Of a stretch of 56,000 nucleotides of DNA, positions 28,902-37,806 are shown one piece after another (position 1 is the first letter of the stretch; every line of letters begins with the position of its first letter). The notes below the pieces were generated by a model that was not told where the DNA came from, did not search any database, and was given only the letters and a program-made list of their open reading frames with translations. This DNA is from a virus (taxonomy: Duplodnaviria; Caudoviricetes): IMG/VR virus record IMGVR_UViG_3300044626_000250, positions 1 to 56,000 of that record; one strand, given 5' to 3'. Both the position numbers and the translations under genes were made by a program.

Positions 28902-29996
28902 ATGGCAACAACAAAAAAACCTGTTAAAAAAATGCAAGGAGGTGGTACAACAAAAAAACCTATTGTACTTCGACCTGATTATAGAAATTTACAACTAGCT
29001 AGATCTTATAATAATGCAAAAGTAGGAAATAAACTTAATACTCCTGCTACTAAACAAGACAGTACTAATTATAAAATAGGATTTATAAGAGGTGTAAAAG
29101 GATGGAAACCTTCTGCAGATAGATTAAAATATGAAGGAGAAGGTGAATACCAAAAAATGGGTAGATGGGAAGGACAAAATATGAAAAAAGAAGCTCTTTC
29201 AAAAAAGAAAACTAGTGGTAAAACAACCAAAGCTAAAAATGGTACATCATTAGGTATGAAATCTGTTAAAGCTGGATTTGATAAAAATCCTGGTGTAACT
29301 AGAGCTGATATTATTACAGCTGCTACAAAGAAAGCTAAATCTGGTACAAAAGTTAAGAAAGCTGGACTAGGAGATAGTATAAAAGGACTTTTTAGTAATG
29401 GTGGAGCAGGTAAAATGTTAGGAGGATTTGCATTAGGTAGTATGTTAGGTGGTCGTGCTAAATCTGGCTCTACTGTAAAGAAAGCACAAATGGGAAGTTT
29501 TGTAACAAATGAGTTTGCTGCAAAGAATAGAGCTTTTCCAGCTAATCCTAAACCTAAATCTACTTCTAATACAAAATTGTTAGATAGTTCAATAAAAAAA
29601 GGTAAAGCTATAAATGCTTTCCAAGGTAAAAAGGGAATGGTTGCTAAATCTGGTACATCTGTTAAAAAAGCTCAGAATGGTTGGTATAGATATAATGGTA
29701 GACTTGTAAATGATGATGTAAGTATTTCACGTATGCACAAAGTTGTAAAAGCAAATAGTCCTAAAAGTAATAAAGGTTTAAAACCTATAAAATCATCTAA
29801 TGAAAATATAATTCATGGAGGAGGTTCCCCTTCATTTTCATATAAAAGATATGAATATAAAAAACCTGTAACAAACCATGCTGATAGTTTAAAAGCTTAT
29901 AATTCTACTAAATTACTAGATAAAGAATCTGATAGATATTCTTCAGGTTATAGATCTGGTGGGTCAGTAAAAAAATGCAAATATGGCTGCAAGTAA
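28902..29996 (+). CDS. Lys-rich basic protein with repeated A-(K/Q)-x-G motifs
   Basis: KKMQGG, KAKNG, KAKSG, RAKSG, KKAQMG, VAKSG, KKAQNG, YRSGG, KKCKYG. Confidence 0.75.
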   Translation: MATTKKPVKKMQGGGTTKKPIVLRPDYRNLQLARSYNNAKVGNKLNTPATKQDSTNYKIGFIRGVKGWKPSADRLKYEGEGEYQKMGRWEGQNMKKEALSKKKTSGKTTKAKNGTSLGMKSVKAGFDKNPGVTRADIITAATKKAKSGTKVKKAGLGDSIKGLFSNGGAGKMLGGFALGSMLGGRAKSGSTVKKAQMGSFVTNEFAAKNRAFPANPKPKSTSNTKLLDSSIKKGKAINAFQGKKGMVAKSGTSVKKAQNGWYRYNGRLVNDDVSISRMHKVVKANSPKSNKGLKPIKSSNENIIHGGGSPSFSYKRYEYKKPVTNHADSLKAYNSTKLLDKESDRYSSGYRSGGSVKKCKYGCK

Positions 29997-30159
29997 ATCA
30001 ATGACAGCTGGTAAAGCTAAGAAGAGTGGAGCACCAAGAATGGCCCCAAAGGTTGCTATCCCTAGCAAAAAGAATCCTATGTGGATGAAAGAATCTGATA
30101 CAAAATCACAACGTAAATCTCCTATGCTTCCTATGAAGCAAAAAAGATTATCAAAATAA
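29983..30159 (+). CDS. Small basic Met/Lys/Pro-rich protein (58 aa)
   Basis: Read manually: MAASKSMTAGKAKKSGAPRMAPKV...MKQKRLSK. Confidence 0.65.
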   Translation: MAASKSMTAGKAKKSGAPRMAPKVAIPSKKNPMWMKESDTKSQRKSPMLPMKQKRLSK

Positions 30160-30196
30160 TATTCTTTGTTTTTCTTTTCTTTTTTTTTTTCTAAAG

Positions 30197-30229
30197 AAAA
30201 AGCCCCTCTTTAAATAGAAGGGCTTTTTT
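30197..30229. terminator. Bidirectional intrinsic terminator
   Basis: AAAAAGCCCCTCT-TTAAAT-AGAAGGGCTTTTTT hairpin, with A and T tails, at the convergence of the two gene blocks. Confidence 0.85.
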
Positions 30230-30232
30230 GAT

Positions 30233-30901
30233 TTATTTATTTATTGTTAAGTCAAAGAAGTTACCAAAACTCTCTAATCTAGAAACATCTATTTTCTTAT
30301 GTTTTAAAAAAGGAATCACGCTATCATAGAATGATTGTTTATCTTCTTTCCACCCTGGATGAAATGATATATGCATAGGTACATTTAGATCCCATAAAGT
30401 TTTATCTTTTAATAGTTCTGTTTCATGACCTTCTACATCTATTTTAATCACTGATATATCTTGTTCAGATAGATTGTACTTATCAAGAATATCTTTTATA
30501 GAAACACATTTACATTTTATCACATTGGTTTTACATGAATCTCGTGTGATGCTTTGTCCAAGCACATCACATCCTATTTCTATTTCAGGATGTATAGACA
30601 CAGCAGCATTATTTAAATGAATGTTCTCAATTTTGTTCAGCTCTATGTTCTGTTTAAACTCATCGTGAGCTATTCCATCTGGTTCAAAACAAATACATTG
30701 TTTAGAAAACTGAGATGCTACTAATGATATAGGTCCAATCCAAGATCCTATATCAATAAATGTTTTATCTTTATCAAGACGAGGAATGATAAAATCAAAT
30801 GTAGAGTTTTCCCAACCTTCATAGTGATCTGACCAAAACTTTGAGTTTAATTCAGTGTCTACAACATTAAAACTCTTTCCAAATTTTTTTACTGTATTCA
30901 T
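30233..30901 (-). CDS. FkbM-family SAM-dependent methyltransferase
   Basis: FIDIGSWIG, CFEPD, IKIDVEGHE. Confidence 0.9.
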   Translation of the reverse strand: MNTVKKFGKSFNVVDTELNSKFWSDHYEGWENSTFDFIIPRLDKDKTFIDIGSWIGPISLVASQFSKQCICFEPDGIAHDEFKQNIELNKIENIHLNNAAVSIHPEIEIGCDVLGQSITRDSCKTNVIKCKCVSIKDILDKYNLSEQDISVIKIDVEGHETELLKDKTLWDLNVPMHISFHPGWKEDKQSFYDSVIPFLKHKKIDVSRLESFGNFFDLTINK

Positions 30902-31515
30902 AATTGTTGTTTTAATTTACTTCCCCAAGATGAAACACCTGAAGCATGCTCTAGATAGTATCTCCATTCTTCTGGTATCTCATTCAAGTACCAAGGAATA
31001 TGTTTAATACAATAAGGTTTATCTAATCTGATAGCACTATATGTAAATGGTGAGTTAGGTGGATATAGTGCAAATGTAGTGTCTATATCAGCAATCCAAC
31101 CATGCTCGTTTTTATTAACCCAAAACTTACTTTCCCAGTCTATTATATTCTGTCTAAGAGGTGTCTCAGGAAGATTTAGGTCTAGAGAGAAGCCAACCTT
31201 TGTATTGTCTTTTGCAATGTTTAACATTACATCTAACCAATCATCTGGAACTCCTTCATAAGAACAATCTGAATCAGCTATTATAAAATAGTCTTTCAGA
31301 TGTTCTTTTAAATCATTTCCCCATACACTATGAGGACCTCCATTTGTTTTAGCATATACAACTTCAACAGGGCACGTTTTATAATATTCCAATAATGGTG
31401 GATATGTAGATTGCTGATCATATATAATCACATCTATTCTACTTTCTTTAGATAGGAAGTCTACTGTTTCTTTGAGTGTAGATAGAAGATTTCTATTTAC
31501 GATTATTGCTTTCAC
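30898..31515 (-). CDS. GT-A (GT2-like) glycosyltransferase
   Basis: IIYDQQSTYPPL, FIIADSD (DxD), IDTTFALY, HIPWY. Confidence 0.8.
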   Translation of the reverse strand: MKAIIVNRNLLSTLKETVDFLSKESRIDVIIYDQQSTYPPLLEYYKTCPVEVVYAKTNGGPHSVWGNDLKEHLKDYFIIADSDCSYEGVPDDWLDVMLNIAKDNTKVGFSLDLNLPETPLRQNIIDWESKFWVNKNEHGWIADIDTTFALYPPNSPFTYSAIRLDKPYCIKHIPWYLNEIPEEWRYYLEHASGVSSWGSKLKQQL

Positions 31516-32257
31516 TAATAAAATCTTTTAGCATTTGTGCATAGTCTTTGTTCCAATGAGGAACTAACTGAATATGTCCTGTACGTATAATACCTTTTTT
31601 TCTTAAAGCTTCAATGTATTCACTGTGTCTCTGTATGATGTTAGGTCTATCTGCAGTGTCTGTACCTTGTCCAGATTGATGATAACCACGACCACCCCAC
31701 ATGTAAAACCAAGAAGCTTCTGATTCAGGCATTGTTACATCAATAACATGTTGTCTTCCTAGAGCATGTATCTTATTAACTAATGTCATATCTCCACCAG
31801 CATTCTGAATAGGACTCTTACCTATTTGTTCCCAAACTTTTTTGCTATATACAATACCAGAATTACCAAGTCCCATTATTTTTGTTATACGAGGTTCATT
31901 ATAGAATACACCTGTGGCCCAATGAATAATGTTTGTATCTTCTTTCCAATGTTTTGCAATGTTAGATAGATGATTGCTTAACGCTACATCATCATCGTCC
32001 CATACAGCAATAAGTTCTCCAGAACATTGTTCTATTGCATAGTTTTCTTTATCCCCAATTGTAGGGAATGTTTCATCCATATTAAATATCTTTATCTCTG
32101 GATGATCGTACACTAACTTTTGAAGAGGGTAGTCATTAACTATGATTAGTTCTTTCTTACCTGGATACTCTTGTATGAGGAAGCTTTGTATTGCTTCCTC
32201 AAGAGTATCTACTCTTCCATAAGTGATGCATTTGCAACTGATGAAAGGATATTCCAT
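31493..32257 (-). CDS. GT2 family glycosyltransferase
   Basis: ITYGR, QEYPG..ELIIVND, IAVWDDDD. Start at MEYPF (32257) preferred over 32281. Confidence 0.85.
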   Translation of the reverse strand: MEYPFISCKCITYGRVDTLEEAIQSFLIQEYPGKKELIIVNDYPLQKLVYDHPEIKIFNMDETFPTIGDKENYAIEQCSGELIAVWDDDDVALSNHLSNIAKHWKEDTNIIHWATGVFYNEPRITKIMGLGNSGIVYSKKVWEQIGKSPIQNAGGDMTLVNKIHALGRQHVIDVTMPESEASWFYMWGGRGYHQSGQGTDTADRPNIIQRHSEYIEALRKKGIIRTGHIQLVPHWNKDYAQMLKDFISESNNRK

Positions 32258-32258
32258 A

Positions 32259-32540
32259 TTACCATTTATATATAACATCAAAAGGAGAAACTAACATAAC
32301 TGTTTCTTCTTCTGATAAAGGGATTAAAGGGGCCCTTTGTAATATTGATGGATCTACTAACACAACATCTCCTTTTTTAAGGACTGTCACTGTATCACCT
32401 ACACTATGAACAGTTAGTTTGTTCATTTTCTTTAGCATTTCTTTTTCTAAAGCTTCTTTTGTGTTTTCGTCTACAATAAGTTTGCTTTCTTCTTTCTTAG
32501 GTAGTTCTAAGAATATTCTGTTTCCAATTAAATTTCCCAT
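32259..32540 (-). CDS. groES: GroES-like co-chaperonin
   Basis: LIGNRIFLE...VHSVGDTV..LKKGDVVLV; 93 aa. Confidence 0.75.
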   Translation of the reverse strand: MGNLIGNRIFLELPKKEESKLIVDENTKEALEKEMLKKMNKLTVHSVGDTVTVLKKGDVVLVDPSILQRAPLIPLSEEETVMLVSPFDVIYKW

Positions 32541-32818
32541 TAGTCTTTGTGTTCTGTTAGTTTATAAAATCTTTCAGCATCTTCTTTGTTAAGATAGATT
32601 TCTGATTGAACGTTTTCTGTAACTCTTTTAAGTCTAGTTACTTTGTTGGTTTTAGGATTGATTTCTGGAACTTCTTTAGTTTGTTCATGAAGATCATCTA
32701 ATAAGACAATTGTCTCTCCTGATTCAATAGATACAGTTCTAATAACCATATCAATGTTAAAAGAGTCTCTAAACTCTTTGTCTTCTACTTTTCTTGTGTA
32801 AAAAAATTGGTTTCTCAT
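32540..32818 (-). CDS. Hypothetical protein
   Basis: 92-aa ORF coupled to groES. Confidence 0.65.
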   Translation of the reverse strand: MRNQFFYTRKVEDKEFRDSFNIDMVIRTVSIESGETIVLLDDLHEQTKEVPEINPKTNKVTRLKRVTENVQSEIYLNKEDAERFYKLTEHKD

Positions 32819-32830
32819 ATATAATATTAA

Positions 32831-33013
32831 TTAAACGCTTACTACTAATATCCAACATAAATCAATAGAAGGAGGAAAAGTTTCTCCTCTTGTTAAAGCG
32901 ATATAGTCTTTACCACTTCTATATAATCCACTAACGTTGGCTTTCTTTCCTGTACGTCCTACTGTTGCTTCACTATTCATTTCCAATAGTGATAATAAAA
33001 TTTTCTTAATCAT
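32831..33013 (-). CDS. YjzC-like small protein
   Basis: TGKKANVSGLY...IALTRGETFPP...WILV pattern. Confidence 0.6.
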   Translation of the reverse strand: MIKKILLSLLEMNSEATVGRTGKKANVSGLYRSGKDYIALTRGETFPPSIDLCWILVVSV

Positions 33014-33026
33014 GATATTTGTTTTT

Positions 33027-33674
33027 TTAGTTATACTCTAAGTCTAATATTTTACCTACTAAGTCACTTCTGTGATTAGCTTTAAGTTTAATCCATTCTA
33101 TTCCCTCTATCTTTTTTGAGAGTTCTATAGCATAAGACAGTCCAGTGTATGATTCCTTTATGTCTTTCTGCTCGTTATCACCATTGATGATGATTTTACC
33201 TGTCTTACCAAGTCTTGTTAAAATTGCAAGCATTTCAGCTTTAGTTAGATTCTGTGCTTCTTCTACAACAAGAACATCGTCAACTGTTTTACCTCTTACA
33301 AATTGTACAGGGAGTGCTTTGATTTTTTGATTTTTGATAAGTTCTTCGATCTTCACCTTATCATAACATCTAATAAGGTTTTCTTGGAAAGCTTCTAAAT
33401 ATGGATCGAATTTTTCTTTAAGGTCTCCAGGAAGAAAACCCATGGAAGTTCCCACTTCAACTGAAGCTCTAGTAACCAATATATGATTACATTGCTTCTT
33501 CATTAAGAAATCTAAAGCAACCTGTGCACACACTAAAGACTTACCACTTCCTGCTCTACCAGTTACAATTACAATCTGATTGTCTATTATAAGTTGCTTA
33601 GCAAGCTTTTGTTCTTCATTAAGAGTGAGGTTGTATTTAATCTCGCTCTTTCTTTCTCTGTTAGGCTCCTTCAT
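33027..33674 (-). CDS. phoH: PhoH-like ATPase
   Basis: GRAGSGKS, GFLPGDL.EK.DPY, FVRGKT, EEAQN, GD..QKD, HRS.LV. Confidence 0.92.
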   Translation of the reverse strand: MKEPNRERKSEIKYNLTLNEEQKLAKQLIIDNQIVIVTGRAGSGKSLVCAQVALDFLMKKQCNHILVTRASVEVGTSMGFLPGDLKEKFDPYLEAFQENLIRCYDKVKIEELIKNQKIKALPVQFVRGKTVDDVLVVEEAQNLTKAEMLAILTRLGKTGKIIINGDNEQKDIKESYTGLSYAIELSKKIEGIEWIKLKANHRSDLVGKILDLEYN

Positions 33675-34089
33675 ATTTATTTTTTAAATATTCTATCCTT
33701 TCTTTTACAATGTCATCATAATGACCTCTTGTCTTTTTATCATGACATAATAAACAAAGATACATAATATTTTCTTTCTCAAAAGCAAGGTGAGGATATT
33801 TTGACTTTTCTAGTACATGATCAAACATATACGTGAGAGGATCATGACCTAAAAACACTTTACAAACTTCACAATTGTGCTGCTTGTTCTCTTTCCAATA
33901 ACGCATAAAGAACTGCTTCATCTCAGATGGTTGTTGGTTATGTCCATCATTATGGACAAAATTTGACTTTTTGCTGGAAATAACAGACATTTTACTAGTT
34001 AAACCCTTACCAGATGATAAGGGTTTTCTAGGTTTACATTTAAAACAATATTCAGAATTTGCATTCTTTCCACATGTTTTACATTTCAT
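33661..34089 (-). CDS. HNH endonuclease-like protein
   Basis: CEVC...FDHVLEKS..P...ENIMYLCLLCH; extra N-terminal CxxC...CxxC. Confidence 0.7.
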   Translation of the reverse strand: MKCKTCGKNANSEYCFKCKPRKPLSSGKGLTSKMSVISSKKSNFVHNDGHNQQPSEMKQFFMRYWKENKQHNCEVCKVFLGHDPLTYMFDHVLEKSKYPHLAFEKENIMYLCLLCHDKKTRGHYDDIVKERIEYLKNKYEGA

Positions 34090-34508
34090 TATGTACGTGA
34101 TTGATTTGTTATAGCAAAATCAACATGACTAGTAATAGTTCTAAAGCCCATAGGTGTTTGTTCTAATATATCTCTTTCTTTTTCAAGATTCCTATTAAGA
34201 GCATTCTCCTCTGTAAACTTCTCTGGATAACGAGCTTCTAGTTTAGCAATGTTTGTATCAAGAATTTCTCTTAAGTCCCAACCATTCATGTTACATAAGT
34301 TAGCAATATACCACATAATATCTCCTATCTCTTCTTTGATGTTTACAAAGTCTAATGGTTTCTTATATGCAATTGTTTTCTTATATACATCAGCTATCTC
34401 TGCAGCTTCTGTTTGCATACCTAACACCATGTGAAGATCATCTAGTATTGCACCATCTATCTTAACACATGTACGTGCTGCTTTCTGTTGATAATCATTA
34501 ATATTCAT
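34089..34508 (-). CDS. MazG-like NTP pyrophosphohydrolase
   Basis: EAAEIAD..KK, KEEIGDIMWY, NIAKLEARYP. Confidence 0.9.
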   Translation of the reverse strand: MNINDYQQKAARTCVKIDGAILDDLHMVLGMQTEAAEIADVYKKTIAYKKPLDFVNIKEEIGDIMWYIANLCNMNGWDLREILDTNIAKLEARYPEKFTEENALNRNLEKERDILEQTPMGFRTITSHVDFAITNQSRT

Positions 34509-35550
34509 TTTCTATATCTTTAATTATTAATTCTACAATTTCTTGTGGTTCTGGTTCTGAAAATTCTGTTTCTTCTTCACATTCCTCAACACCTTTTAGT
34601 TTGTTTATCACTTTAGCTTCTAGCTCTAATAGTTCTTCAAAGTTTTCTTCAAGATAGTCTTTCATCTTTTCCATTCCTTGAAACTTCTCTTCCTTATATG
34701 TGAACCATGCTCCTCCTTTTTTAACAAAGTCAAACTCTACAGCATAGTCAATAATTTCTCCAAGCTTATCAAATCCATGGCCCCAAACAATGTTAATCTT
34801 AGCTTGACCAAATGGAGAAGCTAACTTGTTCTTGATTACATCAACAGTTGTTTTGTTAAGCTCATTGATCTTGTCATTGATTTTCCACACTTTCCATCTA
34901 ACGTCAGCATAATACTTAATAGCTTTACCTCCTGTAGTGGTTGTAGGCTCACCCATAGAACCAATTGCATCTCTTAGTTGAGAAATGATAAATAATGTAC
35001 AATGGTGTATATCTAACATACCTTTTACCTTCATACAAAACTTACTATTGATTCTAGCTTGAAGACCAATTGTAGCATCTCCCATCTCACCTTGTAACAC
35101 TGCTTTTGGTGTAGCAGCTGATTGACTGTCTATAACTATACAAGAAGTTATATCTTTCTCAATAAGAGCCAAGATCATATCGTATCCTTCTTCTTGTGTT
35201 TCTGGTTGATATATAAGTAGTTTATCTATATCAACACCTAATGCTCTTGCATACTTTTTGTCAAATGAATGCTCGTAGTCAAACAGTGCTGCTCTTTTTT
35301 CTGGAAAAGCTTTTTGATATTCTGCAATCTGATGTAACACAATTGTAGATTTACCACTACTCTCTGGACCAAACACTTCTATAATCTTTCCAAGCGCAGT
35401 ACCACCTGTGCCCATAGCTTCGTTTAATTGTAAAGAACCTGTATTTACAATTGTTAATTCAGTAGGAGAAACTCTCTCCATACCATACTTTTTTTCTAAT
35501 TCAGCAAGTACTAAATCAATACCTTGCTTTTCTTCTTTCTTTTTTGCCAT
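34498..35550 (-). CDS. recA: RecA recombinase
   Basis: GPESSGKST, DYEH, IVIDS, GLQAR, TTGGKAIKYYA, KNKLASPF. Confidence 0.95.
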   Translation of the reverse strand: MAKKKEEKQGIDLVLAELEKKYGMERVSPTELTIVNTGSLQLNEAMGTGGTALGKIIEVFGPESSGKSTIVLHQIAEYQKAFPEKRAALFDYEHSFDKKYARALGVDIDKLLIYQPETQEEGYDMILALIEKDITSCIVIDSQSAATPKAVLQGEMGDATIGLQARINSKFCMKVKGMLDIHHCTLFIISQLRDAIGSMGEPTTTTGGKAIKYYADVRWKVWKINDKINELNKTTVDVIKNKLASPFGQAKINIVWGHGFDKLGEIIDYAVEFDFVKKGGAWFTYKEEKFQGMEKMKDYLEENFEELLELEAKVINKLKGVEECEEETEFSEPEPQEIVELIIKDIENEY

Positions 35551-35574
35551 TGTTTAATTGTTTTAATTATTGTT

Positions 35575-35606
35575 TAAAGATAGTAATTTTTTTAATTATT
35601 TCCTAA
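35575..35606 (-). promoter_or_regulatory. Promoter TTAG-N20-TATCTTTA upstream of recA
   Basis: Near-consensus Bacteroidota -33/-7 elements. Confidence 0.55.
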
Positions 35607-35675
35607 CCTTTTGTGGTAGGATAGACCCCATAATTTAGGGTTTATGTTTCTATGATTTGTAATATTTTTAGAGAT

Positions 35676-35703
35676 AAAAAACCCCAGAAGAATACCTCTG
35701 GGG
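35676..35703 (-). terminator. Intrinsic terminator
   Basis: CCCCAGA...TCTGGGG stem followed by a U-run on the - strand. Confidence 0.7.
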
Positions 35704-35732
35704 AATTTTAAACAACAAAAAAATAGAAAAGC

Positions 35733-35903
35733 TTATTCTTGTTCTATGGCATCTTTGCCATATGGACAATTGATGCAATTATTATTGCAGCATTTGCCTT
35801 GTTCTGTTAAATATTTTGAAGTGAATACAACCCTACCATCTTCTAAATAGTAGTCTACACCCTCTATATAATCTCTATCTGCCATAATATCTATGATTTT
35901 CAT
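35733..35903 (-). CDS. DUF5522-like Cys-rich small protein
   Basis: Read manually: ...DYYLEDGRVVFTSKYLTEQGKCCNNNCINCPY; alternative start at 35885. Confidence 0.75.
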   Translation of the reverse strand: MKIIDIMADRDYIEGVDYYLEDGRVVFTSKYLTEQGKCCNNNCINCPYGKDAIEQE

Positions 35904-35907
35904 AATG

Positions 35908-36081
35908 CTAATATACAGAATTTTTTCTATTCATTGAAGACTCAATAACAATTTCTCCCTTTTTAAATAAATATTCAACACTGGTGATATTTAAATCAAA
36001 CATCTGTGAGATTTCTAAAGCTGTTAATGTAGGGAATCTTTCTTTATATTCAAATATTAAAAGTTTAGTTTTAATTTTCAT
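35908..36081 (-). CDS. Small protein, possible HTH (57 aa)
   Basis: Read manually: MKIKTKLLIFEYKERFPTLTALEISQMFDLNITSVEYL... Confidence 0.55.
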   Translation of the reverse strand: MKIKTKLLIFEYKERFPTLTALEISQMFDLNITSVEYLFKKGEIVIESSMNRKNSVY

Positions 36082-36322
36082 TATTTCTAAGTTGCTTTAA
36101 TATCGTACTTTCATCTTCATACACATATCTATACTTATGATCTTTATATTCATCTAGTATAAAAGCATTATCGTATTTAGTAAGTCTTCTAAAGAATATA
36201 CTTTTATCATTGTTTGTCTCAACAGCTAGAATCAATCTGCTATCATCATATCCACAAACTACACCTGAATAATTAGGATGAGTTACTACTGTGTCTTTAT
36301 ATTGATCAAATAACCTGCGCAT
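36071..36322 (-). CDS. Hypothetical protein
   Basis: 83-aa ORF in a tightly packed operon. Confidence 0.6.
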   Translation of the reverse strand: MRRLFDQYKDTVVTHPNYSGVVCGYDDSRLILAVETNNDKSIFFRRLTKYDNAFILDEYKDHKYRYVYEDESTILKQLRNNEN

Positions 36323-36623
36323 CTTCTATAATTTTTAGTCTACGTTCTATTTCATACTCCACTTTCAAAATGAAATTAATCTTTTCTTCAAGCTCTTGAC
36401 TAAGAATTCTACCAGCAAATGGTAAAAGCATTTCAAGATTGGTATAAACTTTAGCAAGCCCAAACTTTGTATAGATTTGAGAATATTTAAATCCAGGTAT
36501 TTGTACAAGATCTGTAAACACTTCATCTACATAATGTAACACTGCAGGAATTTCAAATGTCATTCCAATCTGATCTTCTTCTAAATACGCTTTGTATTTT
36601 TCATTAAATTCTGTTGATTTCAT
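36306..36623 (-). CDS. Hypothetical protein
   Basis: 105 aa; FKYSQIYTKFG. Confidence 0.65.
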   Translation of the reverse strand: MKSTEFNEKYKAYLEEDQIGMTFEIPAVLHYVDEVFTDLVQIPGFKYSQIYTKFGLAKVYTNLEMLLPFAGRILSQELEEKINFILKVEYEIERRLKIIEDAQVI

Positions 36624-36637
36624 AATATTTATTTTTT

Positions 36638-36676
36638 AGGGAGACAAATGTAATTCATCTCCCTGATTATTCCTAA
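36638..36676 (-). promoter_or_regulatory. Promoter TTAG-N20-TACATTTG overlapping a hairpin
   Basis: The -7 element (36645-36652) lies in the loop of the AGGGAGA/TCTCCCT inverted repeat (36638-36664). Confidence 0.6.
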
Positions 36677-37065
36677 TTTTCTTCTAATGCTGGTAAATCA
36701 ATTGGTTTTAGTCTTTCTTCTAAAAGATCAAATGCATTTTCTATAGCAGCAATTTCACAGTTTTTTCTATATGTATATCCAACTGTAGATTTGTTTTCAT
36801 TAATAGTCCACCAAAATCCATTTGATTCATCTAACAATGTACCTATATAGATATTATTTTCATCAAATACATCAAATAATGTTCTTGGTTGTACATCTAT
36901 TAATGTAGCAAGTCTTTCGTTTGTTACACCTTCCTGCTTCATCATCTCTTTGAATTCTTCAGGAACAGCTTCATCTGCAAAAGATGCTACCATTTGATTA
37001 AAGAACCAAGTTCTTATCACCTCTGTTGTAAGAGGATGCTTTTCTAATAGTTCACTTGTTTTCAT
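36673..37065 (-). CDS. Hypothetical protein
   Basis: 130-aa ORF. Confidence 0.65.
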   Translation of the reverse strand: MKTSELLEKHPLTTEVIRTWFFNQMVASFADEAVPEEFKEMMKQEGVTNERLATLIDVQPRTLFDVFDENNIYIGTLLDESNGFWWTINENKSTVGYTYRKNCEIAAIENAFDLLEERLKPIDLPALEEN

Positions 37066-37262
37066 AAATTTATTTCTTTAGTTAGTTCTATATATGCTTT
37101 TGACCACCAATCTCTTTCAAAATCATATTCTGAAAGAAGATTAATATCTCTAGTAGCATTATATTTAATTTCGTACATAAGACTTACAATTTCACAGAAC
37201 GTGGCTGTCTTCTCCATACTGAATTCATTTAAGATTTTATTTAATATATCTTCGTTATACAT
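37062..37262 (-). CDS. Hypothetical protein
   Basis: 66-aa ORF overlapping both neighbours. Confidence 0.6.
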   Translation of the reverse strand: MYNEDILNKILNEFSMEKTATFCEIVSLMYEIKYNATRDINLLSEYDFERDWWSKAYIELTKEINL

Positions 37263-37806
37263 ATTCTTTTATTTTATTAATATTTAATATTTCATTTTCT
37301 TCATCCCAACCTTTCCAAACTTCTTGATCTTCATCAAATTTTACATTGAGTCTTTCTTCCCAATATTCACGTAAATCTGATGTTTTATTAAATATACGCC
37401 ATTGCATACTTAATTCATCTCTACGTAATCCATTAACTTCAATTCTTTTTATTTTCTGAAATTGTTCTTTGAATTCATTTGAAGTTTTTGAATACTTTCC
37501 TTCTTTGATTAATTGAAAATCTTTCTTAAATTTTGGATTAAGTTTATAAACTAAAACTACTAAACCATCTTCGTAATCATAGTCATCGATGAGGGTATCA
37601 GTCCTTTCATATTCTCCATCTAAAAATTCTCTAAATGCATCTATGTTGATTGGCTTAAAAAGAACATATATACAATCTTCATATTGTATTTCTTTTTGTA
37701 AATCTTTAACAAACGCATTTATATACCCATGATATTTAAATCCTTCATTGGGCACTTTTAATGTGGGAACCATAAAAAAACTTGTTATGTTCTTTTTTAT
37801 ATCCAT
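37255..37806 (-). CDS. Hypothetical protein
   Basis: 183 aa; LIKEGKYSK; coupled to the exonuclease gene. Confidence 0.7.
   Translation of the reverse strand: MDIKKNITSFFMVPTLKVPNEGFKYHGYINAFVKDLQKEIQYEDCIYVLFKPINIDAFREFLDGEYERTDTLIDDYDYEDGLVVLVYKLNPKFKKDFQLIKEGKYSKTSNEFKEQFQKIKRIEVNGLRRDELSMQWRIFNKTSDLREYWEERLNVKFDEDQEVWKGWDEENEILNINKIKEYV

Noticed and set aside
30160-30196. Long poly-T tract as a phase-variable element
   Set aside because: Non-coding and adjacent to the bidirectional terminator; it may also be a homopolymer sequencing artefact.
35551-35732. tRNA or structured ncRNA in the largest intergenic gap
   Set aside because: Only a terminator hairpin and a promoter are visible; no cloverleaf or T-loop consensus was recognised. 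tRNAscan-SE/Infernal would be decisive.
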